Part shown: one piece after another, positions 31,419 to 42,873 of the stretch
Position numbering within the stretch: the first letter of the stretch is position 1
Layout of the letters: every line of letters begins with the position of its first letter
NCBI GenBank assembly: GCA_965223005.1
Contig: CBDCVK010000002.1
Span: forward strand, 224,001 to 288,000
Reading direction: 5' to 3'
From: Terriglobia bacterium
GTDB lineage: Bacteria > Acidobacteriota > Terriglobia > JAJPHL01 > JAPKYU01
DNA length: 64,000 bases
The notes under the pieces: model-generated
What the model was told of the DNA's origin: nothing
Databases searched by the model: none
The model's input: only the letters and a program-made list of their open reading frames with translations
Program-made: the position numbers and the translations under genes

Positions 31419-33206
31419 TCACGCTCCGAGCTCTGCGTCGACGACGGGGAGGCTGTCATCGACGATGTCGACCGCCAACTTCCCGCCCCGGGTGAGCGGA
31501 GCATTCGCCTCCCGCGGGATGAATCGCTCCGCCCGGCGCGAGCTCCGCGGCCCGCAGTAGTGCAGATCAATGGCGTCGTGCGCGCCAGCGTTCCGGACGA
31601 CATGGATGGTCTCTGCTTCGGAGATCTCGGTTATTGACGATGGGCCAAGCCTGCTCCGCTGGACGACACGGAGGCTTTCTTCGGCAGCGCGCTCGAACTC
31701 GGTGATCTCGATCGTGCCCTCGATGCGGCGGCACACGGCCGAGTAGTCATGGGAGTGGATGTGCGCGGTCGTGCCCGGGGTCCACAGGATGCCGACCAGC
31801 GACGAGCCCTGTTGCGCGCTCCGCCAGAAGGTGAGCCGCCGATAGTTGATGCCGCCTTGAATCGTACTTTGGCGTAGCGGCACCAGCTCGCCGATAGCCG
31901 GCTCGACCCGCGCGAGCGCGCGGCGGGCGACGCCGGCATCGAGGGCGCCGCCGCGGTCGAGCAGGTCGAAGAGCTCAACCATCTCCCGCACCGAGAGCGG
32001 CTCGCCGCCGTCCAGTCTCGCGAGCAGGGAGATCGGACGAGGCGCCCACCGGCGAAAGAGGACGAAAGCGAGGCCGACCGTTCCGAACCCCGCCGTCAGA
32101 CCGATGACGGTCGCGTCATGCAAGAAGGCAAAGAGCATCCCAAGCGAGAGCACCGCCAGGGTGCCCCAGGCTGCGCCGGCGGCGACCGCCGTTCGCCAAC
32201 CCACCTCGAGGAGGGTCTGGATGTGGATCCGCAACCCGATCGTCGCGCAAACAGCGACGATGGCGATGTTGACAACGAGATCGTTTACATCGAGAACGGC
32301 CGTCCAGGTGACCTCGGCCGGCGTTCCCTCCGTCAAGAAGAAGGAGTCGCCAAGCAGGCGGAGACCGAACAGGAGGAAGTAGCCGATGACGAAGAGCGGC
32401 AGATGCGCGGCGAGGCGCAAGCGCGCCCTGCCCTCGGCGGGTGCCCGCCGACGAAGGAGGCTGAAGCCGATCAACAGCGGGCCCAGCAGCAGGATGCGCG
32501 TGGCCTTGGCTATCGTGGCGATCAGGCTCTCGTCTTCGCCGAACTGGCTCCCCACGGCGACACTCGACGACAGATCGTTCACTGCGACCCCCGCCCAGAG
32601 CCCTGCCGATTCGGTGTCAAGTCCGAGCGCCGTCCCAAGCGGGAGGAACGTCAGCAGCGCGACCACGCCGAAGAGGTAAATGGCGGTGACCGCGAGCCCC
32701 TGGTCCCGCCGGTGCGCGAACACAGCCGGAGCCAGCGCATTGATGGCCGACGCGCCACACACCATCGTGCCGATAGCTACAAGGTCGGCCATCTCCCGAC
32801 GGAGCCCCAACAGACCGGCTGCGGCATGCGCGACGAAGAATGTCGTGGGGAGCGTGAAGACGAGGACGAGCAGGACCTGAAGCAGGAGCTGCGCCTCGAG
32901 GATGTCCGTCTGGACCTTCAGGCCCATCAAGATGATGGCGAGGCGCAACATCCACTTCCCCGTGAAGCGGAGGCCGCGCTCGTACGGGTCGCCCTCGCGA
33001 CCGCCAGCGACGTTGAGCCCGATCCAGCGCGCGACGCGTGAGTTGAGCACCAGGGTGCCGAGCCCGATGGCGACGACGATGTCCGGAGCCCACGGCGAAC
33101 CTCTAAAAACCGTGCGTGCCAGGAAGAACGCCAGGAGCGCCAAGGTCAGCGCGAGCCCCAGCCCTCGGAACTCGCGTTGGGAAGGAAGCCAGGCGGGCAT
33201 GGGCAC
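31419..33206 (-). CDS. YeiH/putative sulfate exporter family transporter fused to cysteine-dioxygenase-like cupin
   Basis: MLRLAIILMG, IGTMVCGASAI, GLWAG.AVND.SS, K.TR..LL (YeiH); C-terminus ILWTPG..IHSH..IHVVRN..DLHY. Confidence 0.8.
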   Translation of the reverse strand: MPMPAWLPSQREFRGLGLALTLALLAFFLARTVFRGSPWAPDIVVAIGLGTLVLNSRVARWIGLNVAGGREGDPYERGLRFTGKWMLRLAIILMGLKVQTDILEAQLLLQVLLVLVFTLPTTFFVAHAAAGLLGLRREMADLVAIGTMVCGASAINALAPAVFAHRRDQGLAVTAIYLFGVVALLTFLPLGTALGLDTESAGLWAGVAVNDLSSSVAVGSQFGEDESLIATIAKATRILLLGPLLIGFSLLRRRAPAEGRARLRLAAHLPLFVIGYFLLFGLRLLGDSFFLTEGTPAEVTWTAVLDVNDLVVNIAIVAVCATIGLRIHIQTLLEVGWRTAVAAGAAWGTLAVLSLGMLFAFLHDATVIGLTAGFGTVGLAFVLFRRWAPRPISLLARLDGGEPLSVREMVELFDLLDRGGALDAGVARRALARVEPAIGELVPLRQSTIQGGINYRRLTFWRSAQQGSSLVGILWTPGTTAHIHSHDYSAVCRRIEGTIEITEFERAAEESLRVVQRSRLGPSSITEISEAETIHVVRNAGAHDAIDLHYCGPRSSRRAERFIPREANAPLTRGGKLAVDIVDDSLPVVDAELGA

Positions 33207-33285
33207 TTCTCAGCCGGGCAGGAGCGAGGGGCACTGTTGTTCATTCATGACCCCGGTCCTCACTAAGAAGGTCCGCCGCGAATAG

Positions 33286-34728
33286 TCAGTCATGGGGGAT
33301 TGCACCTCCCCTTGCGCTCGCCGGTGCACGGATCGGACGCCCCGGCAACTTGCCTTCCACCAGGTTGCCCTCGACAAGCACCGCCGCGCCGTTGACGACA
33401 ACGTGGCGGATTCCTTCGGGGTACTGTGCGGGGTCTTCAAAGGTCCCCTTGTCGAGGACCGTGTCCGGGTTGAAGACCACCAGGTCGGCGTCCGCACCCA
33501 CTTTGACACGGCCTTTGTTCTTCATCATGGGTACCCGCCGCTGGAGTCGCTTGGCCGGACGTAGGCTCATCTTGGCGAGGGCGTCCATGAGGCTGAGGGC
33601 TTTCTCCTCGCGGACGTAGCGGCCCAGGACACGTGCGTACGCGCCGAAAGTCCGCGGATGAGCGCGTCCGTTGACGAGCCACGTGCCGTCGCTGGCGATC
33701 ATGGTGAGCGGACTAGCGACCGCCGCTTTCACATTTTCCAAGGAGTAAGAAGGCGGGGAGATCACGAAGCCGCCTTGCTTCCGATACTTGCCAAAGGACT
33801 CGCGGGTGAGTTGTTCGCCCGTTTCGACCCAGTTATACTGCGCTAACTCGTCGTCGGAATAGGTTTCCCAGTCGTTGAGCTGATGTGACTGGATGAGGGT
33901 CGAGCCGCGATTGTAGGGGTAGCACTCCGTCGTGACATCGACGCCGTTGTCACGGGCCTTTTGGATCACGTCCAGGTATTCGGGGATCATTGCCGCACCG
34001 CTACTGTTGATGTGGACGATGTGGAGCGGAGCGCCAGTTTCCTTGGAGTAGCCGAGGGCCTCTTCCACGTTGCTGGTGTCGGTTCGCGAAGTCCGAATGT
34101 GAACGAAACAAGTGGCGTCGTAGCGAGGGGCCAGGCGGAACAATTCCAGAAGCTCGTTCGACGTCGCCCCGGGGTTATCAGCAAGGTGGAATCCGATGCC
34201 GACCGCACCCTGGTCGAGCCCCCGGGCAATGCGGTCCTTCAGTTTGTCAAGCTGGTCCGGCGTCAGGGCCCGTAACAGCGCATCCCCCTCGAGGCCCGGG
34301 TTTGCACCCGTCATCACGATATTGCGCGTGTAGGGATGGCTGATGGTGGCGCCGTGGTTCACAAGCGCTTTGCCTTCTCGTTCCGCGTAGAAGGCGTCGA
34401 TGTCTTCGACCCCAATCTCTAGCTCCAGCGCGCTGGTAATCCCGTCGTGAATCTGCGCCCGGTAGTTCTCGGGGCTGTGGCCGTGGCGGTGGAAATCGAT
34501 GAAGCCGGCGGTGACGACGTGTCCGGCGGCGTCGAGTGTTTGCTTCCCGCTGATCTCGTGCTCAGTGATCGTCGCGATCTTGTCGCCGTTGACACCGACG
34601 TTGCGGACGGCGTCCAGTCCGGATTCCGGATCCATGACGCGGCCGTTGACGATCGCCATGTCGTAGGAAGGCGGAGAAGAGCAGCCGGTCAGTAGCACCA
34701 GAAGGAAGAAGGTGAGTAATCTCAGCAT
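33286..34728 (-). CDS. Amidohydrolase (N-acyl-D-amino-acid deacylase-like), lipoprotein
   Basis: LTGC lipobox, GFIDFHRH, FVHIR, HIVHINS, IASDG..AHPR, KGRVKVGADADLVVF. Confidence 0.85.
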   Translation of the reverse strand: MLRLLTFFLLVLLTGCSSPPSYDMAIVNGRVMDPESGLDAVRNVGVNGDKIATITEHEISGKQTLDAAGHVVTAGFIDFHRHGHSPENYRAQIHDGITSALELEIGVEDIDAFYAEREGKALVNHGATISHPYTRNIVMTGANPGLEGDALLRALTPDQLDKLKDRIARGLDQGAVGIGFHLADNPGATSNELLELFRLAPRYDATCFVHIRTSRTDTSNVEEALGYSKETGAPLHIVHINSSGAAMIPEYLDVIQKARDNGVDVTTECYPYNRGSTLIQSHQLNDWETYSDDELAQYNWVETGEQLTRESFGKYRKQGGFVISPPSYSLENVKAAVASPLTMIASDGTWLVNGRAHPRTFGAYARVLGRYVREEKALSLMDALAKMSLRPAKRLQRRVPMMKNKGRVKVGADADLVVFNPDTVLDKGTFEDPAQYPEGIRHVVVNGAAVLVEGNLVEGKLPGRPIRAPASARGGAIPHD

Positions 34729-35028
34729 CCGGGTCAGTATGGCACTGGACTTGGGGAGACACAACTCATCGGGCACTCGATGTGGCCACATCCCTGAACC
34801 TCGGGTGGTGGGGAACTGGCGTCTTGTCACCACCACGGCTGGCGTAGAATCTTGAGCCAAGGGAACGTTGGAAATCGAAAATTCCCGTCAAAGACAATGC
34901 TTAATCGTTGACGATCACCCCAATGAGGCCTGCCATCACAAAGAAGCTTTTTTACGAGAGGCAGCTGGCGAACGGTAACTGTCTCGATCATTAGATCACT
35001 CATTCTTCATGGCGAGCCTCTCGATAAA

Positions 35029-37475
35029 ATGAAACACAGGAACATCTCCTGCCTGATGACGTTGCTGGTGGCAGGGAGTGTACTTCTGCCGCCGGCCAAT
35101 ACCGCTGCGCCGCCGAAGGACCCCTTCACCCCGCAGGACCGCGAATACTGGGCGTTTCAGCAAGTCAAGCGGCCTAAAATTCCACAAGTTCAAGATGCGA
35201 AATGGGTCCGCAACCCGATTGACGCCTTCATGCTGAGCCGGCTGGAAGCCAAAGACCTGAGCCCGGCGCCTCCCGCCGACAAGATCACCCTGTTGCGGCG
35301 CGCCACGTACGACCTGACCGGCCTTCCGGCCACGCCGGAGGAGGCCGATGCTTTTCTGGCAGACCGCTCTCCGAACGCCTTCGAGAAGGTCGTGGATCGT
35401 TTGCTTGCTTCACCTCACTACGGGGAGCGCTGGGGCCGGCATTGGCTGGACGTGGCGCGGTACGCTGACTCCAGTGGCTTTGAACATAACTGGGACCGCC
35501 CCACCGCTTGGCGCTACCGCGACTACGTGGTTGAATCGTTCAATAACGATACACCCTACAACGTTTTCATCGCAGAGCAGTTGGCCGGGGATGAGCTGGA
35601 TTCGGTGAGCTTCAACACCAAGACCGCCACCGGCTTCCTCCGGGCAGGCCCCCGCGTGGAGTTCCGGGACAAGGACATCCCCAGTACCGCTTTGACTACT
35701 ACCTCGACGACATGATTGCCACTACCTCCCAGGCTTTCCTTGGACTGACGGTACAGTGCGCCAGGTGCCACAACCACAAATTCGATCCAATTCCCCAGAC
35801 AGACTATTACCGGATGCAGGCAGTCTTCTTTCCCTACGTGGACGTGAACCACTATTCAGGGACTGAGGAGGAGGTGGAAGCCTTCCTGGCGCAAAAGGAA
35901 GAGATTGACGCCAAGGTGAAGGCTCTCCGTCAAAGAATCGCCGAAATCGAGCGCCCCTACCGGGAGAAGGCCACCGTTGCTGAAGTGGCCGAAAGGTTTC
36001 CCGAAGACGCGCTGATTGCGGTGAAAACACCGGAACAGCAACGCACCCCGGGCCAGAAGTTGCTGGCCAGCCAAATCTTCGGAGCGGTCAGCATTCAGCC
36101 CGTCGATGTGGAATGCGCCATGGACTCCGAAACCAAAGCGAGAAAGGATGCGTTGGACGCACAGGTAAAGGAACTGGAACGGCAGCGGCCCAAGCCTCCT
36201 CCTTCTGCGATTGGTGTTACCGATGGGGATTACCGCTTCGCTGCCGATGGCCCTGGCGACGAGCCGGCACCGGGTAAAGGAATCAACCATGATCCAAAAC
36301 TCAAGGGGAGTTTCCTGCATAAGGGCGACGGGCCGTATAAGCCCCCGCCGTCTTATTTCCTCATTGGCGGCGACAGGAACAGCCGCGGGGCGCTGATGGA
36401 GCCGGGCTTCATTGCGGTGGCCACCTACGGGAACCCTCCTACGGCCATACCGCCTTCGCACGGGCGGAGCTCGGGAAGGCGGCGCGCCCTGGCGGAGTGG
36501 ATCCGCTCGCCTGACAACCCCCTCACGGCGCGCGTGATGGTGAACCGAATCTGGCACTACCACTTCGGCCGCGGCATTGTTTCCACCCTGAACAACTTCG
36601 GCAAAATGGGCGAAAGACCGACCCATCCCAAGCTGCTGGACTGGCTGGCCGCCGAATTTGTCGCCCGAGGCTGGAGCGTCAAGCAGATGCACCGGTTGAG
36701 TATGACCTCGAACGCCTATCGAATGGCGTCCCAGTACGAGAACGTTGCCAACCAGAAGGCCGATCCCCAGAACCGGCTTCTGTGGAGGTTTCGGATCCGG
36801 CGGCTGGAAGCGGAGGCCTTGCGCGACGGTATTCTGGCCGTCAGCGGGCAGCTAAACCGTAAGATCGGCGGCCCGCCTGTGTTTCCAAAAGTTGATCCGT
36901 CGGTACTGGCCACCATGAAATTTGGTATCTGGAAGCAGGAGGAGGAGGGGCCGAAGGTCTGGCGGCGGTCGGTCTACGTTTATCGCAAGCGCGCCATGCC
37001 TTTTCCGATGTTTGAGGTGTTTGACCTGCCAAACCAGAACGTGAGCTGCGGCGCGCGAAATGTTTCCACGACGGCCACACAGGCACTAACACTGCTCAAT
37101 AACGAATTTGTTCTCCAGCAGGCTCGATTCTTCGCCGAGCGTGTTGTGGCTGAAGCGGGTCCCACCCCGGCGGATCAACTTGCGCGCGCCTATCTGGCCG
37201 CGCTGGGTCGCACTCCCTCCCCGGAGGAGAGGCGCCTGGGCATGGAGTTTCTGGAAAGCCAGCGCCAGTTCCATCGGATGCGGTCGGCCGAAGCGGAGAC
37301 AGCGGCAGGAGGCGCAGCGGCAAAACAGGCCGAGACAGGAGGCGCTCCCCCCCCCCAACAGGCCATCGCTTCCGCGTCACACGCGCCTCAGGCAGTGAGC
37401 CCGGCGCATCTGGCGGCGGTGACCGACTTGGCGCACGTACTGATGAACCTGAACGAGTTCGTTTATATCAGGTAG
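35029..37475 (+). pseudogene. DUF1549/DUF1553 (PSD1) protein split by a frameshift near 35677
   Basis: ORF 35029-35715 (ERWGRHWLDVARYADS) continues in ORF 35712-37475 ([18 protein letters not shown]); adding one base restores PQYRFDY..DDMI. Confidence 0.8.
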
Positions 37476-37487
37476 CCCCCGGCCCCG

Positions 37488-37537
37488 GTAGCGCCCGGTT
37501 TAGTGCGGGGCGTGTCGCCCGCAGAGGGCGGCGCTAT
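37488..37537. repeat. REP-like inverted doublet
   Basis: GTAGCGCC..GGCGCTA(T) with internal palindromes, between the PSD1 and DUF1501 genes. Confidence 0.4.
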
Positions 37538-37548
37538 AGGATGTACTT

Positions 37549-39018
37549 ATGGATTGTCCGGGCAAGAAACTGAATTTCATTTCCAGGCGGGCATTCCTCT
37601 TCCAGGCCGGAGGGGGATTGAGCGGCATTGCCCTGGCTCACCTTCTGGATCAGGAGGGACTGCTGGCGGCCGAGCCGGACGTCGGTTGCCAGGCCGGGGC
37701 TATTCCCGTGGATTCGCCGATTGCCCCCCTCAAGCCCCACTTTGCCCCTCGCGCCAAAGCCGTGATTTCCCTGTTCATGAGCGGTGGTGTTAGCCACGTG
37801 GATACGTTTGATCCCAAGCCTGATCTGGACCGCTTCCACGGTCGGCCTCTGGAAGGTAAGGGCCAGATCGTGGTGCGCCAGGGGCATCCTGGACCGCTCA
37901 TGCGCAGCCCGTTCCGGTTTCAGAAGTATGGGCAGTCGGGCATCGAGGTTTCCGAACTGTTCCCCCACGTGGCGCAGAAGGTGGACGAGATCGCCCTGAT
38001 CCGCTCAATGTACGGGCGCTCGAACGATCATATCCTGGCGAATTACGAGTCAGCCAGCGGGGTGATTCGGATGGGTTTCCCCAGCCTGGGCTCCTGGGTC
38101 AGCTACGGGTTGGGCACCGAAAATCAAAGCCTACCGGCGTTTGTCGTCATCTACGACGCCCGCGGCGGCCCGTTCGGGGGCCCCCAAAATTGGAGCGCCG
38201 GATTCATGCCCCCCGCCTACCAGGGCACAATCTTCCGGTCTTTGGGAGATCCGATCATTGATCTGAAGCCGCCCGGCGATCTGGCCCCCCAAGTCCAGCG
38301 GGCCCGGCTGGATCTGCTGGCCACGTTGAACGAGCTGGACAAGCAGAAATATCCGGCCAGCGGCGAGTTGGCAGCGCGCATCTCGTCCTACGAACTTGCC
38401 TACCGGATGCAGGGCTGCGCGCCGGAAGCGGTCGATGTGACCCTTGAATCGGAGGCGGTGAAGAAGCTGTACGGACTCGATAGCCCCGTCACGGAGCCCT
38501 TCGGCAAGCAATGCTTGATGGCGCGCCGCCTGGTCGAGCGTGGAGTACGGTTTGTGCAGCTCTATCACGGAGGTTTAGGCAACCAGAGTATTGATACCTG
38601 GGACGCGCATCAAAACGTGAAGGAGAACCACACGCAACACGCTGCCGAAGTGGACAAACCGATCGCCGGCCTGTTGGAGGACCTCAAGCGGACGAGTCTG
38701 CTCGACTCGACCTTGGTCATCTGGCAGACGGAGTTCGGCCGGATGCCCATCTCACAAAAGGGCGTAGGCCGCGACCACAATCCCGGCACTATGACCAACT
38801 GGATGGCCGGCGCCAAAATCCAAGGGGGCCAGGTGATTGGCGCCAGCGACGAGTTTGGGTACAAGGCAGCCGTTGAGCCCCACTCCATTCATGATCTGCA
38901 CGCCACCATCCTGCACTTGCTGGGCATGGATCATAAGAGGCTGACCTACTTCTTCAACGGCCGCCACATGCGCCTGACCGACGTTTACGGTGAGCCTATC
39001 CCGCAGATTGTGGCCTGA
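37549..39018 (+). CDS. DUF1501 domain protein
   Basis: SRRAFL, GGVSHVDTFDPKP, ARRLVERGVRFVQ, WDAH, EFGRMP, GRDHN. Confidence 0.92.
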   Translation: MDCPGKKLNFISRRAFLFQAGGGLSGIALAHLLDQEGLLAAEPDVGCQAGAIPVDSPIAPLKPHFAPRAKAVISLFMSGGVSHVDTFDPKPDLDRFHGRPLEGKGQIVVRQGHPGPLMRSPFRFQKYGQSGIEVSELFPHVAQKVDEIALIRSMYGRSNDHILANYESASGVIRMGFPSLGSWVSYGLGTENQSLPAFVVIYDARGGPFGGPQNWSAGFMPPAYQGTIFRSLGDPIIDLKPPGDLAPQVQRARLDLLATLNELDKQKYPASGELAARISSYELAYRMQGCAPEAVDVTLESEAVKKLYGLDSPVTEPFGKQCLMARRLVERGVRFVQLYHGGLGNQSIDTWDAHQNVKENHTQHAAEVDKPIAGLLEDLKRTSLLDSTLVIWQTEFGRMPISQKGVGRDHNPGTMTNWMAGAKIQGGQVIGASDEFGYKAAVEPHSIHDLHATILHLLGMDHKRLTYFFNGRHMRLTDVYGEPIPQIVA

Positions 39019-39169
39019 CCAAGACTTCATTGTTTCTGCCTTCCTTGATGGAATCATCTGACCGCAACCAATGCAGGTCGAGGGCGATGGGTATTACTCG
39101 AGAAAGCCCTGCCAACGAGCCCCACTGCGCCGGATTCAGAGAATCCCCTCCAGCTCTCAAGCCACAGTC

Positions 39170-39320
39170 CGTCGCCTGAGCCGCCGATGTAGCCGGCGTA
39201 GTCGAGGACAGTGCCCGAGGGGTTCACCTTGGCTACGAAGGCGTCGAATCCGCCATTGACGGTCAGGTCGGGTCCCACCGTCACCGGAAAGATGGCCTCG
39301 GTGGAGTTGGTAACGTCGGT
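39170..39320 (-). pseudogene. SBBP beta-propeller repeat fragment
   Basis: FPVTVGPDLTVNGGFDAFVAKVNPSG..YAGYIGGSGD. Confidence 0.6.
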
Positions 39321-39803
39321 ATGAACATCTACGACGACCGGTGGTGCCCGATCAACTCCGGCGGATACTGCAACTGCGATCCACGCATTGAGCTGAAGGA
39401 TGCTGGATGAGAGCGTACTTCCCCACCCGGTTCAGACCTACTGGGAGAGTACGTGCCGACAAAGGGCCACTCTATATCCCGACAAGGGGGCAATCTGGGC
39501 GAAAGCTCTAGACGGATGCGGTGGGGATGCAATGCAAGTGCGGGCAACGTCCCGCCACTGACGACCCGTGACCGACAAGCCCACCAACAAGCCGCATCCT
39601 TGTCGGGATGTAAAGTGGCCCCATGGCTGGATGCGGACAGCAATCTATGACAGCTAAGTCTTGACATATTTATTCGTGCTTGTTTCTATGTGTCTGGACT
39701 CTCCAGTGCTACTCGTAGCGTACAGGACATGAAGGAGTTGCTGCTCTACGCAAAGAGGGACACCCGCGTCGTTATAGTCTAGGGCCGAAGAATCAAGGTG
39801 AAG

Positions 39804-40772
39804 ATGAAAATCGGAATCATTACTGACAGTCTGCAGGACATGCCGTTTACAGAAGCCCTGGACTGGGTCGCCGCCCAAGGCATTCAAGCTGTGGAGATCG
39901 GGACCGGTAACTTCTCCCACGGGAAACACTGCGACTTGGAAAAACTGGTGAACGCCGCTGGCGCGCGCGAAGAATTCATGGGCGCCATCGAGAGCCGCGG
40001 GTTGATGCTGAGCGCCCTGAACTGCAACGGTAATCTACTCGATCCACATCCGGAACGCGGCAAGAAGTCCCAGGACGTCTTCCACAAAACAGTGGAAGCC
40101 GCCAGCAAGCTCCGGCTTGACACCGTCGTCACGATGAGTGGCTGCCCCGGTGAACCGGGCGGCTGCGAGTATCCGAACTGGGTGCTTCATCCCTGGCAGA
40201 AGGAGTATTTAGATCTGTACGAATGGCAGTGGGACCAAGTAATCCAGCCTTTCTGGAAGCAGGCCGGCCAATTCGCTTCCGACCGTGGTGTCAAGATCGC
40301 TATCGAAATGCATCCCGGCCAGTCCGTATATAACACGAGCAGTCTTCTCCGCCTCCGTGAGATCGCCGGCCCTAGTTTGGGTGCCAACTTAGACCCCAGC
40401 CACTTGTTCTACCAAGGAATGGATCCCATGGTTGTGATCCGCACGCTAGGTCGGGACTTCATTTTTCACGTCCACGCAAAGGACACCAAGATTAACAGTC
40501 TCGAGACCGCGGTGAATGGCGGACTTGACCCGCGTCCCATGTCGATGGTCGGTGAGCGATCGTGGACCTATCGCACGCTGGGCTTCGGACACGGGGCTGA
40601 TTGGTGGTGCGACTTCTTGAGCGCCCTGCGCCTGGTGGGCTATGACGGCGTGCTGAGTGTCGAGCACGAAGACCCGGTGATGAGTTCGAAGGAGGGCATC
40701 GTCAAGAGCGTTGAGTTCCTCAAGCCGCTTTTGATAGAGACGATGCCGGAAGAGAAATTGCCGTGGCTGTGA
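39804..40772 (+). CDS. Sugar phosphate isomerase/epimerase (TIM barrel)
   Basis: IEMHP, NLDPSHL, FHVHAKDT, YDGVLSVEHED. Confidence 0.88.
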   Translation: MKIGIITDSLQDMPFTEALDWVAAQGIQAVEIGTGNFSHGKHCDLEKLVNAAGAREEFMGAIESRGLMLSALNCNGNLLDPHPERGKKSQDVFHKTVEAASKLRLDTVVTMSGCPGEPGGCEYPNWVLHPWQKEYLDLYEWQWDQVIQPFWKQAGQFASDRGVKIAIEMHPGQSVYNTSSLLRLREIAGPSLGANLDPSHLFYQGMDPMVVIRTLGRDFIFHVHAKDTKINSLETAVNGGLDPRPMSMVGERSWTYRTLGFGHGADWWCDFLSALRLVGYDGVLSVEHEDPVMSSKEGIVKSVEFLKPLLIETMPEEKLPWL

Positions 40773-40825
40773 TGGGCGGCACGCCTCTGGCAGCAGCGCA
40801 CGTCCCTACGCCAACGCCTTTTCAA

Positions 40826-41112
40826 TCACGTGGCCGCCCACGTCGGTAAGACGGAAGTCTCTGCCCTGAAAGCGGTGGTCAGTTTCTCGTGGTCGATGCC
40901 CATGCAGTACAGGTTTGTCGCCTGAAAATCATTAATGTGGACGGGTTCTTCTACGGGGTTGTAGCCTAGCTCGTCGGTTGCGCCGATCGTAGTGCCGGGT
41001 TTAATGCCACCTCCGGCCATCCAAATCGTGAAGGCCTTCATGTGATGGTCGCGGTCGTAGTTCCCGCCCGCCGTGCTCCCTTGATTCATCGGGGTGCGGC
41101 CGAACTCGCCAG
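40826..41112 (-). pseudogene. DUF1501 C-terminal fragment fused to an unrelated fragment
   Basis: [34 protein letters not shown]; upstream is an unrelated coiled-coil fragment. Confidence 0.75.
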
Positions 41113-41664
41113 CCTGCTTGCTGTTTTTGCAGCCGCCAGCCGTGGAAGCGCTCCTTCTCCTTGGCCACCTCATCGTTGTTGGCCTGGATGCGGGCGCGAT
41201 GTTCGGCCACCAGGCGATCCACCTCGGCCTGGATCTGACGATTCTCCCGATTCTTCCGCGCTTCCAGCTCTTCGACGCTGCGCTGCTGTACAGCTCGAAG
41301 GTATCCAGAGCGCGGTCGCGCCGGACTGCGTCCTCGATCACCTCCTGGAGCTTTACCCTCGTGGCTTCCAAACAACAAGGACGGAACGGCGCTTCACCTC
41401 CGGGGGCAAGCAGCGGATGTGCTTTAAATAACTGCGAGCCCTGAACTTCGTAGGGTTGAAGTAGACATACCCTGGAGAAAAACACATGGAGGTCGTGAGC
41501 AGGTAAACGCATGGTACGCGTACCATAAGACGATTACCTGTTCGGGACCCTTATTGCTTCGGCCCGGCTCTCTTGACGTTGAACCCCTAGCTTTCCATGT
41601 GCTCGCGGGTCGCGCGGTTCGCCTTCTTTAGGAGATCCGTCTGACCGTGCACTTTTCCCTTGTC

Positions 41665-42873
41665 CTACCGCCAACGGACGGGGTCGTAGCCGCCAAGGAA
41701 ACAGCGGCGGAAGGCTTGGCCGAGGATCTGCCGGCCCCAGTGGAAGCGGCCGTAGAGGCGGAGGAAATTGATGATCTCCAGAGTCATCTTCGCTTGGTCG
41801 CGGAACTTCAGCTCCTTGAGCGCCGCACGGAAGTCCGCCTCGTGCGGCCGGGCAAAAGCGATCTTCAACGGGTTCCACTGGTCGGAGCACCTCTGGACCT
41901 CGGAGACGATCATCTTGCGATACACCTGTTCGACGGGACGGTTCCGCAGCAACGACTCCACCGCCGCCTCGCCCGCAATCGCGCCTGAATGAAGCGAGCA
42001 GCTCATGCCCTCGGCCATCATGTTGAGGAACCCCGCGGCCTGGCCGGCGACGAGGACGTTGCCCTTCCCGAACACGTATCGGTTGATGAGCGACAGGCCG
42101 AAATTCTCGAGACATCCCTCGCGGTCTTCGGGGGGACCGAGCCGGACGCCGTATTTCTTCTCTAGGTAGCGCTGAAATCTGCCGTGGACGTCGTCGAAAT
42201 TCTGGCCCCGGAGCCATCCCACCCCGAGGATCTGGCGGTTGTCCCGCGCGTGGCTCCAGGTGTAATAGCCAAGCCGGGGATGGAACCAGAAATGGAAGTA
42301 GTCGTCGTCGAGCGGGCACTCGTAGATCTTGTGAAACTTCTGCCCGACCAGGAACCACGGGATCTCCTGGGGATAATCAGGATAGACTTCGCGGATCACC
42401 TTTGAGTTCGGCCCGTCGGTTCCGACGACGTAGCGGGCGCGGTACCCGATGGGCTTCCCGTGCCTGAGGGCCTCGACTTTGACGTGATCCCCCTCGTCCC
42501 GGAGCGAGATGAAACTCGTCTCATCATGCACTTCCACGCCGCTTCGCTCAATCGCCCAGTGGTCGGAGTGCTTGCGGTGAAGATGGGGCGTCGGCCCGCA
42601 GTCGAAGTCCATCGACATCGACAGCATGCTCGGGAAGTGGAAGGTCACTCCGCGGCAGGAAGTGGGCTCATGCAGGATCTTTCGGGGCAGGGGCCCGAAA
42701 TTCTCCAGAAGGAACCGGTGGCCGCGCGGCGACAGGATGCCGCTGCAGATCTTGTGGCGGGGGAGCTTCTTCTTTTCGAGGACGACGGTCTCGTATCCCG
42801 CGTCTACAAGCCGCTTGGCGCACGCCGCGCCGGAGAGACTGGCCCCGATCAGGAGAACGTCGACCTTCCTCAC
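41665..42873 (-). CDS. FAD-dependent oxidoreductase (geranylgeranyl reductase-like)
   Basis: DVLLIGASLSG..EKKKLPRHKICSG, VVGTDG.NS, AGQAAGF...AEG; GTG start overlaps the upstream stop. Confidence 0.82.
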   Translation of the reverse strand: MRKVDVLLIGASLSGAACAKRLVDAGYETVVLEKKKLPRHKICSGILSPRGHRFLLENFGPLPRKILHEPTSCRGVTFHFPSMLSMSMDFDCGPTPHLHRKHSDHWAIERSGVEVHDETSFISLRDEGDHVKVEALRHGKPIGYRARYVVGTDGPNSKVIREVYPDYPQEIPWFLVGQKFHKIYECPLDDDYFHFWFHPRLGYYTWSHARDNRQILGVGWLRGQNFDDVHGRFQRYLEKKYGVRLGPPEDREGCLENFGLSLINRYVFGKGNVLVAGQAAGFLNMMAEGMSCSLHSGAIAGEAAVESLLRNRPVEQVYRKMIVSEVQRCSDQWNPLKIAFARPHEADFRAALKELKFRDQAKMTLEIINFLRLYGRFHWGRQILGQAFRRCFLGGYDPVRWR

